A stretch of DNA of 64,000 nt from a virus: IMG/VR virus record IMGVR_UViG_3300047462_000120; one strand, 5' to 3'. The notes below the pieces were generated by a model that worked only from the letters and a program-made list of their open reading frames with translations, made no database searches and was not told the DNA's origin. Position 1 is the first letter of the stretch, and each line of letters opens with the position of its first letter. A program made the translations under genes and the position numbers. Below, piece after piece: positions 57,714 to 64,000 of the stretch.

Positions 57714-58226
57714 TTACGCCTTCCGAACAAACGTCGCGCTACTGCCACGTCCATCCTTCGTTACCTTGTCCTTGCCGGACTGACTAGAGAAATTCGACCA
57801 GCGCCCCCTCAATTTCTCCATCATCTTTGGTGTCATCTTGATGCCTTTGAAATCTGGTGTGGCGAGAGCGGCGCTCATTACCTGTTCATTAGTCACAGGT
57901 TCTGACAACAGACTGAGCCAAAATTCACTTCCAGTACTCGGCAATGTGTCCTTACCAGTCTTTTTAGTGGCTACCGACTTTTTTGCCGCATTTTTGACTA
58001 CGGGCTTGGTGCGAGAGATACGCTTCGTTGTGATCGGTGCAGCTTTTTGAGGCTTCGACCGAGGAATACGCTTTGCGGTCGGCTTAGTCGATTCGGCCTC
58101 GGTATCATTTTCCGTTTCAACCAAGTCTTCCAAAGTTGCAATCGTTTCCTGAATCTTGCTCAAACGCTCCAGCGTGCTCGCTTCCTCTTGCCTCATTTTT
58201 TCGAGTGCCATTTTTGAGTATGACAT
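57714..58226 (-). CDS. Moron-like gene: coiled-coil, Lys-rich linker and small C-terminal domain (putative DNA-binding)
   Basis: Own AT-rich upstream region, GAGGG RBS and downstream terminator; linker KSVATKKTGK. Confidence 0.7.
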   Translation of the reverse strand: MSYSKMALEKMRQEEASTLERLSKIQETIATLEDLVETENDTEAESTKPTAKRIPRSKPQKAAPITTKRISRTKPVVKNAAKKSVATKKTGKDTLPSTGSEFWLSLLSEPVTNEQVMSAALATPDFKGIKMTPKMMEKLRGRWSNFSSQSGKDKVTKDGRGSSATFVRKA

Positions 58227-58319
58227 TTTTCCCTCTTCGTAGTTAGTTAATTAGAATACGCTATTGTAACCGCGAATTACTATATTAGTCACTTTGAACC
58301 GCTCTTTATTCTATATGGG

Positions 58320-58354
58320 TTAGTTTATTTCTAACCCGATTAGTTTTTTTCTAA
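58320..58354. promoter_or_regulatory. Tandem palindromic operator-like sites TTAG-N7-CTAA (two copies, period 20 bp)
   Basis: TTAGTTTATTTCTAA at 58320-58334 and TTAGTTTTTTTCTAA at 58340-58354. Confidence 0.55.
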
Positions 58355-58358
58355 TCGC

Positions 58359-58937
58359 TCAGGCGCTTTCACTGATCAATGCAGTACGCGCAAGACGTTC
58401 CTTGATATCACTCGCCAAACCTGCGTTAGCATTTTCTGCTGCCCTTTGAATCGACGGCGCCAGCGCATATGCAGCTTCACCGAATTTCTTCACGCGGTTG
58501 TAGTAGGTTCGATGCGGCAAATCCTCCCAGTCTGGATGGCCCGGCTTGACGTTAGCCGGATCAGCACATCCCTTGCGCGGAGCACCCAACAAAACGCATA
58601 TCTGCTTGACCAGTTGTGCGTTCGGGTAGTTTTTAGGGTTGTAGAAATGATCGAACGCCTTGAACCACTCTGCATATTTGCGATTGTCCTTACACGCATG
58701 GACAGCGCCATTGAAAAACTGCATGAACGGATCATTGCGTGCGTTCGGCGGCAATCCTGTCCGTACTGGGTCACCCTTTTCGGGCGGCGATTGTCCTTGT
58801 AGACGGCCCAACAAACTGACGCCGCTCGGTTTCATGTAGAACTCACGCGTTCGGCACCAGTTTGCCCAAGCCTGACAACAAGCCGCGACCTTGTCAGCAT
58901 GCTCGTTGCCAGTTCGATTCGTTTTACTTTGCTTCAT
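58359..58937 (-). CDS. Putative late-gene regulator (Q-like position)
   Basis: Located between the replication/nin-like genes and the packaging genes; AWANWCR and TYYNRV motifs; function inferred from position. Confidence 0.45.
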   Translation of the reverse strand: MKQSKTNRTGNEHADKVAACCQAWANWCRTREFYMKPSGVSLLGRLQGQSPPEKGDPVRTGLPPNARNDPFMQFFNGAVHACKDNRKYAEWFKAFDHFYNPKNYPNAQLVKQICVLLGAPRKGCADPANVKPGHPDWEDLPHRTYYNRVKKFGEAAYALAPSIQRAAENANAGLASDIKERLARTALISESA

Positions 58938-58956
58938 TGCATATCTCCCAAAAATT

Positions 58957-58981
58957 GCGCGGGATTGTATGCATTGTTTCA
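58957..58981 (-). promoter_or_regulatory. Phage promoter-like motif, copy 3
   Basis: GCGCGGGATTGTA-tgca-TTGTTTCA, 20 nt upstream of ATG 58937. Confidence 0.7.
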
Positions 58982-58999
58982 GTTGTGCTCGAAAATTCT

Positions 59000-59230
59000 T
59001 CAGGGTTTATGCCTCGAATCCACAATCGACATACCGCAATCTTTCGCCCAGGTCACGAAGCGATCCGCCCAAACCGGATCGCCTAGCTCCCACGCGGCGA
59101 CATCGCGCAGTCGTTGCATTGGCGAATTCGCTTCGATACGAGCGTCCATGATGTCATCGGATTCATCCAGTCCCAAGCGTTGACGGATTGCCCGCAAGAT
59201 GTAGGTCGGTATGCTTTGCTTTCTCATCAT
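59000..59230 (-). CDS. Phage hypothetical protein
   Basis: 76 aa, ATGA-coupled; RQRLGLDE..D motif. Confidence 0.7.
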   Translation of the reverse strand: MMRKQSIPTYILRAIRQRLGLDESDDIMDARIEANSPMQRLRDVAAWELGDPVWADRFVTWAKDCGMSIVDSRHKP

Positions 59231-59811
59231 TGCAACTGGCCTTTGCTATGCGGGATTCCAAGGTATTTGGCGAGCGACGCAAAGCTTTGACCCCGTTCTT
59301 TCTTGTCGGCTGCGCGGGATATCCACTTGCCAGTTCCAGGCCAGTAGTCAACAAGTCGCCCATCGTTGTTGATGATAATGTGCGCGCCCAGGTTACGCTC
59401 CTCGAACGAAATGCCATGTGCGCGAAGTTGATCTGGAGCGCTTTCACGTTTCTCCGCGCGGCGTAAGCTGTCGGCTTGCCGAAGCTCTTGATACATCTCA
59501 ATCATGTCGCCCATTTTTTTCTCCCCGCTATCTGTGTGTGATTTTTCAAAGACCAGTTTCTTTTCAAACTGACCATCAGGTACGTACTGCGCTATGGCAA
59601 GTCCGCTTTCAACCATTTGGCGCAACCAAGTGCCCAACTGTTCGGGCGAAAACGACAAGCCTTTACGCACCAGCTTGTTTCGCATGTCGTAGCAATCGTG
59701 TGGCGTCGTCACTGTAGCGAGCACTTCTTTCATGGCCCGTACTGCATTTTCCTTGGTAAGTCGCTGAAGACGCGGGCGCTGTGTCGCGCTATTGCTTGCT
59801 CTCTGTTTCAA
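59227..59811 (-). CDS. Phage protein: wHTH-like N-half plus separate-looking C-half
   Basis: Internal GGAG plus ATG at 59514 begins MGDM...VDYWPGTGKW. Confidence 0.65.
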   Translation of the reverse strand: MKQRASNSATQRPRLQRLTKENAVRAMKEVLATVTTPHDCYDMRNKLVRKGLSFSPEQLGTWLRQMVESGLAIAQYVPDGQFEKKLVFEKSHTDSGEKKMGDMIEMYQELRQADSLRRAEKRESAPDQLRAHGISFEERNLGAHIIINNDGRLVDYWPGTGKWISRAADKKERGQSFASLAKYLGIPHSKGQLQ

Positions 59812-59906
59812 AATTCACCATCCCGCGTTGCTAGTTTTTGTAATTTCTGTAATCGATTTACACTTCAAAAGCCGCTGATCATCGCCGCGTTTGCCACTTG
59901 ATCTGC

Positions 59907-60068
59907 TCAAGGCTTAAACGTTACGGCACCGTTCACGATCACCGCACCCGCCCAATAGCTCGCCTGCCAATAGTCACCGGCAAAGCCCAAGCGGATCGCT
60001 GCCAACGCCGATAGCGCCAATATCAGGTAATTGAAAATCCGTGGGTCGTTAAATACGGCCATTGTCAT
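59907..60068 (-). CDS. Small two-TM phage protein (53 aa, below the ORF-track cutoff)
   Basis: MTMAVFNDPRIFNYLILALSALAAIRLGFAGDYWQASYWAGAVIVNGAVTFKP*; ATGA-coupled to the upstream gene. Confidence 0.65.
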   Translation of the reverse strand: MTMAVFNDPRIFNYLILALSALAAIRLGFAGDYWQASYWAGAVIVNGAVTFKP

Positions 60069-60664
60069 GCCGCTTTCAAAGTGATGATTTGGGCATGCAC
60101 TTGCTTGTTGGCCGCTTCCGTGCCTTCGCGCTTTCGATCACGCGCACGAATCTCCCGCATTCCCGGCGCTTGCAAGCGGACGATCTTATCTAGCAATTGC
60201 TGTACATCCTCCGGTTCGACAATCAACTCCTGGGTTTCCGGGCGATTCGCAAACAGTTCCGCAAATAACGGTAGCCGGTGCAATTCGCCTTCATTCACTT
60301 CGACTGCCAAGGGATCGGTATCGATCCGCTTGTGGCTGCGCAAATCCAGGCTTACCGCTCTCACGTGAAAATTACCGACCGTGGCGATATGTTCAATTTC
60401 GATATACCCGACTGGATCATCCATGCCACGCATTAATCGCCCCTGATTCATATAGCGAAATGGTTCGTCCAGATATCCCGTGGCTGTGACCCCCGCGCCA
60501 GGATGATGGAACATAAAGCGGTCACGCATACGACGCGGATCAATTTGCGTTGCTATCTGCCAACCGCTTCGCCCAAGGCGATAGGTATCCGATTCCCACC
60601 CGGCGAAAGCGACTGGTATTGGGCGGCTCTGTAGCGCCCAGTGCTTATGCTGTGAAGGAACCAT
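60065..60664 (-). CDS. Phage hypothetical protein
   Basis: 199 aa; FAGWESDTYRLGRSGWQI motif; overlaps the upstream 62-aa gene. Confidence 0.75.
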   Translation of the reverse strand: MVPSQHKHWALQSRPIPVAFAGWESDTYRLGRSGWQIATQIDPRRMRDRFMFHHPGAGVTATGYLDEPFRYMNQGRLMRGMDDPVGYIEIEHIATVGNFHVRAVSLDLRSHKRIDTDPLAVEVNEGELHRLPLFAELFANRPETQELIVEPEDVQQLLDKIVRLQAPGMREIRARDRKREGTEAANKQVHAQIITLKAA

Positions 60665-60833
60665 CGGAAATGCTTGCTTTCAAGTCTTCAATTTCGGCAT
60701 TGATGTTTCTGACGACCTGCTCGGCGGCGTACAGTTTGCGAATGGCAACTGTCAGCGCTGCGGTTGCCTCGGCTTTCTTTTCATTGGCGATTTGCTTGCG
60801 CGCATCAGCTTCTACTTGTTTTATATCAATCAT
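60645..60833 (-). CDS. Phage coiled-coil protein
   Basis: 62 aa with a strong AAGGA RBS. Confidence 0.7.
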   Translation of the reverse strand: MIDIKQVEADARKQIANEKKAEATAALTVAIRKLYAAEQVVRNINAEIEDLKASISDGSFTA

Positions 60834-60937
60834 GCGTGATCCTTGTTATTGAAAATTTAAAAGGGAAAACCTTGTGCCACCATTTACGGCTAGTCAGTTT
60901 GATTTTCATCGCCTTGACCGCCGCACATCTACGTTCC

Positions 60938-61270
60938 TCAGCTATCTCTGCCTTTGCCTGCGCAACGATATCCTTCAACTCTTCTTCGGGAATTCCCACT
61001 ACCGGCTCCTGTTATTCTCCGCATGGTCGCCCTTGCTTGATCGACCATCTTCGTTTTTCGCTCGCGGCGATGCGCGAGTTCCGCGTTGACTTGCCTGATG
61101 AACTGATTGACCGCATGTTTGCCATCCCTTAATCGCATCGCCTCGAAAACACCAGCATGCGAATGCGCTGGCGCATCAGCCGTTTTTCGCACCTGACAGC
61201 AATGCGCTGACTTGGTGAATCGTCCGCCGTTCGCGATACACAAGGGACACTTTTCTAATTCGCTATCCAT
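60938..61270 (-). CDS. Phage hypothetical protein
   Basis: 110 aa, CxxC...CC motif, overlapping neighbours. Confidence 0.6.
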   Translation of the reverse strand: MDSELEKCPLCIANGGRFTKSAHCCQVRKTADAPAHSHAGVFEAMRLRDGKHAVNQFIRQVNAELAHRRERKTKMVDQARATMRRITGAGSGNSRRRVEGYRCAGKGRDS

Positions 61271-61548
61271 AGTCTCGATGCCCCCTTTAACGCCTTACTT
61301 TTTTTTGAATAGATCAGGTTGTATCTTGATAGCCGATACATCGCGGTACGCACTTCCGTAACGGACAACTCCATGCGCTCTGCGACATCTACGGCTTTCA
61401 TGCCAGCTATCGGGGCGGTGTTTGCTTTCAAAAACGCCAGTACCAAATGCGCGGTCGGTGACAATTTGAATCGACGCCGCTTGACTGGTACGAAGTCACC
61501 CTTAATGTCCTGCTGAAGCTGTTTCACGATTTGTGCAAACCGACTCAT
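61255..61548 (-). CDS. Winged-HTH protein
   Basis: MKAVDVAERMELSVTEVRTAMYRLSRYNLI. Confidence 0.7.
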   Translation of the reverse strand: MSRFAQIVKQLQQDIKGDFVPVKRRRFKLSPTAHLVLAFLKANTAPIAGMKAVDVAERMELSVTEVRTAMYRLSRYNLIYSKKSKALKGASRLWIAN

Positions 61549-62314
61549 TCACGCCTTCCTCTCCGGTAAATTGCGCAACCAACCGCGCTACCTTTTCCTT
61601 GCTTTTACGATCTGCTTCATGCCTTTCCCTCTGCCTCTGCTGTCGCAACCTGCTTAGTTTCGCTTCGGGCGGCTCCAGCGTTGCAATCATTTGCTTGACC
61701 CGCGCAAGGTTCTGTCGTCTGCGTTCTAACTCGGCCTCAACGGAGACACCCGGCAATAGCAATGGCTTTGGTTCTGGCGATGGCAGCGCATAGGCTTTGT
61801 TCGGTTTGATCTTGTTTGAATCAATCGCACTCGTAAGCGCAAGCTGGCGCTGCTCCGCATCAGTACCAAGTGAGGCGAACCACTTGGCTGGTAGATGCCT
61901 GCTGCGCGCTGACAGGACGGCCCGTGTATAAGATTCTATGAACGCGCGGCGCGCACCGATCTTGTCTCCCGCATTCAGGATTGATCTGCAATCGGCCAGG
62001 GCTGCGCTTGTCTCTTCCGTCCAAATGACCGTAGCAACTTCATCGCAGCTTTGCAGGGCAATTGCCCACGCTTCATCCGCACTCGGTCGGCCATCGGCTT
62101 CCAGGCAACGAACAATGATCGCATTTGGAATGGGTGCGAAATTCCGTTCCTCAAGGCGGTACCCAGCCATTGCACTTTCAACCGTCGCTAACGAAAACGG
62201 CGACAACTGCTCCCACCAGAATTTTGCCAATTCACCTGTCGGCATAGGCTTGCCGTAGGCCATCATCGTTGCGGCCAGCAGCTTCGCAAATGCAATACGA
62301 TCACTGCGCGTCAT
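61502..62314 (-). CDS. Replication protein P-like / helicase-loader-like protein
   Basis: Follows the initiator; FAPIPNAI, RPSADEAWA, IGARRAFIESY motifs. Confidence 0.65.
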   Translation of the reverse strand: MTRSDRIAFAKLLAATMMAYGKPMPTGELAKFWWEQLSPFSLATVESAMAGYRLEERNFAPIPNAIIVRCLEADGRPSADEAWAIALQSCDEVATVIWTEETSAALADCRSILNAGDKIGARRAFIESYTRAVLSARSRHLPAKWFASLGTDAEQRQLALTSAIDSNKIKPNKAYALPSPEPKPLLLPGVSVEAELERRRQNLARVKQMIATLEPPEAKLSRLRQQRQRERHEADRKSKEKVARLVAQFTGEEGVNESVCTNRETASAGH

Positions 62315-63195
62315 CGCAACGACTCCATATCAATCGTTCGCGAATCATCAGCAGCGGGCGGTGACGCGCCTAAGAACTCTGCCATCGCCCGCGCATTTGC
62401 GGATTCCAACGAATCAGGTGCGCTCGAACGGGCCTGCACACCATCCAGGCCGATGAAGTAGTCAATCTTCTCGGCATTACGCAAAATCAAGTCCAACCCG
62501 TTGAATTTTGTGTTGCGACTATTCTGTCCCATATTGTGCGGAGTCTTGCTGCATCCACGAATGGCGTGGCATACATCTGAAGCAGAATAGTTCTCCAACG
62601 CGCTCATGATCAAGTTCTTGCGGTTTGTATCCAGCTTCGACTTTGGCGAGTCCATGACCTTCTGCCAGTAGGCAAAAATCTGTTCAATCGTCTGGTCGAG
62701 GGCTGTTTGCTCGACAGTGCTTTTGACCTTTATCTTTTCTTCTCTTTTCTTATCTTCTTTAGGTAACGCTTCGCTAACGCTCAGAGCGTTACCAACAGCG
62801 TTACTAACCACGTTACCCACAGCGTTACCATTAGCGTTAGAACTAGCGTTACTTTTATGATTCGCTACACGCTTTGCTGTCTGAGCGCGCTTTTTTGCCG
62901 ATGCGCCATTGTGATTGTCGAAATTCGGCAGCGAAAGGCCAACATCGGTAACGCGCAACCAACCGACATCAACCATCGCCTGCGCAAAACCGCTAACGCA
63001 CAAAATCCGATCCAGTAACGCTAAGGTAACGCTCACAGCGTTACCATCAACGGTTTGTTGATCGAACCAGCGCCACACCCTGAACAATTTGCCAACAGTA
63101 AAATCAGGGTCATCCCAACCCATTTTTGTAGTGATAGCAAACACTTCAGGCTTATCAGGAGTTGCACATTCCATCTTCAGCCATTCGCCAGCCAT
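62311..63195 (-). CDS. Phage replication initiator (lambda O-like organisation)
   Basis: MAGEWLKM...GKLFRVWRWFD, PNFDNHNG; internal iterons; C-terminal IFAYWQ...LDLILRN. Confidence 0.8.
   Translation of the reverse strand: MAGEWLKMECATPDKPEVFAITTKMGWDDPDFTVGKLFRVWRWFDQQTVDGNAVSVTLALLDRILCVSGFAQAMVDVGWLRVTDVGLSLPNFDNHNGASAKKRAQTAKRVANHKSNASSNANGNAVGNVVSNAVGNALSVSEALPKEDKKREEKIKVKSTVEQTALDQTIEQIFAYWQKVMDSPKSKLDTNRKNLIMSALENYSASDVCHAIRGCSKTPHNMGQNSRNTKFNGLDLILRNAEKIDYFIGLDGVQARSSAPDSLESANARAMAEFLGASPPAADDSRTIDMESLR
62725..62853. repeat. Iteron array, probable phage replication origin
   Basis: AGCGTTAC-like units at 62785, 62797, 62809, 62821, 62833, 62845 (period 12), inverted copies at 62763 and 62774, and an adjacent pyrimidine-rich T tract. 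Confidence 0.75.
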
Positions 63196-63229
63196 TAATT
63201 TTTCACTCCCGACTGCGTATCGCTCATGG

Positions 63230-63511
63230 CTACTCCGACACAACAAGTTGGTACTGGTACAGACCACGCCGGACATGCCTGCGCTTTACCACGTGCGCGC
63301 CAAAGCGGTTTTTGCGCAAGTGACGCAGTTGTGCGCTTACGCTGGTCTCCGGGTCTTTGGTCTTGCAGGATATTTCGCGCAGTGTTCGCCACTGCCCATC
63401 CTTCATCAATGTGAAGACACGATCCAACTGTTTGGACAGGCGATTGTTATCGCGTATCGGAGAGTAGTCAGCACCATCGAAAAAGGCGCTGTTTGCTTCA
63501 GTGCTTTGCAT
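63230..63511 (-). CDS. Phage HTH protein
   Basis: MKDGQWRTLREI...SVSAQLRHLRK..FG motif. Confidence 0.75.
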   Translation of the reverse strand: MQSTEANSAFFDGADYSPIRDNNRLSKQLDRVFTLMKDGQWRTLREISCKTKDPETSVSAQLRHLRKNRFGAHVVKRRHVRRGLYQYQLVVSE

Positions 63512-63522
63512 ATTCGTTACCC

Positions 63523-63942
63523 CTAGTTTTCGATCATATTCATCACCAATTGCAGCAAATGTAATTGGCTCCCATATCGCGCCTCGAAGCGGGCCTTGAA
63601 TGGGTGTACTGCGATTAATTCCTTGTCGTTGCCGGTGCCGTCCTGATGATGACCAGCACAGAGCGGCAAAACCAATCTGTGACAACCTGGCTTTGTTCTT
63701 CCGTCGATGTGATGTATCGATACGTAATCAGTGGGTCGTCCATCCAGATGGCACGCGATGCAGCCAACCAGCGCGGCCATGCGACTCCAAAGATTCTTTT
63801 CATCGGCTGTTACTGCGCGTTGCCGCGTCTGCAACCTCTTCGGCCTTGGTGAGCATTTCACGCTCAGTTGGGCGACATCACGCCTGATACGGATTGTCGA
63901 GCGCCTTAACGGTGTCTTTCGGCTAAGTGATGATCGTCTCAT
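63523..63942 (-). CDS. Ref-family (recombination enhancement) HNH-like nuclease
   Basis: GCIAC, SIHHIDGRTKPGCH, VLPLCAGHHQ, VHPFKARFE..YG. Confidence 0.85.
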   Translation of the reverse strand: MRRSSLSRKTPLRRSTIRIRRDVAQLSVKCSPRPKRLQTRQRAVTADEKNLWSRMAALVGCIACHLDGRPTDYVSIHHIDGRTKPGCHRLVLPLCAGHHQDGTGNDKELIAVHPFKARFEARYGSQLHLLQLVMNMIEN

Positions 63943-64000
63943 CCGCAAAGACCATATGATGAGGAACATTCGGCTGGATCGATCAACGTATCCAACAGCG

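Larger units (their letters stand above)
13066..64000 (-). mobile_element. Podovirus-like prophage (N4-gp56-type capsid, DarB-like giant), continuing past the right edge
   Basis: Contiguous minus-strand replication, packaging, head, tail, lysis and ejection modules with higher GC than 1-13 kb. No integrase or att site is visible, so the left boundary is approximate. Confidence 0.93.

Noticed and set aside
29584-60850. AATAACAAGGA upstream of starts at 29583, 47827 and 60833
   Set aside because: It is adequately explained as a common strong RBS context; a CsrA-type site cannot be supported from sequence alone.
1-64000. CRISPR array, integrase or att site
   Set aside because: No regularly spaced repeats and no recombinase motif were found; the tRNA-like element is internal to the phage, so it is not taken as attB.

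Overview
The window has two blocks. (1) About 1-13 kb is a lower-GC accessory region. It holds an orphan T6SS cluster on the minus strand (vgrG, a non-lipase effector, two tandem immunity-like genes with one frameshifted, an orphan effector 3' remnant, and a Tla3/DUF2875-like adaptor running off the left edge), a coupled run of small unknown genes, mnmH/selU, a LuxR-solo plus AlkB-like membrane di-iron enzyme operon, a CxxC protein and an XRE/C-protein-like regulator. (2) About 13-64 kb is a large part of a podovirus-like prophage, probably from a betaproteobacterium, entirely on the minus strand. From right to left it carries Ref-like nuclease and replication genes with an iteron origin, a moron, a tRNA-like element, terminase, portal, scaffold, N4-gp56-family capsid, adaptors, tail fibres, holin/SAR endolysin/Rz-Rz1, GNAT and Asp/Asn hydroxylase, ejection proteins and two giant polyvalent proteins. 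One giant has pyrophosphatase-like and C5-methyltransferase domains; the other is DarB-like with N6-methyltransferase, SNF2 helicase, metallopeptidase and PLxRFG regions. The most notable observations are protein-like genes nested in the +1 frame inside both giants, a 25-bp promoter-like motif found three times (once overlapping a terminator), the LuxR-solo/AlkB-like/SelU trio, and an uncharacterised T6SS effector-immunity family. No integrase, att site, CRISPR array or reverse transcriptase is visible. All family calls come from motif recognition by eye; no searches were run.
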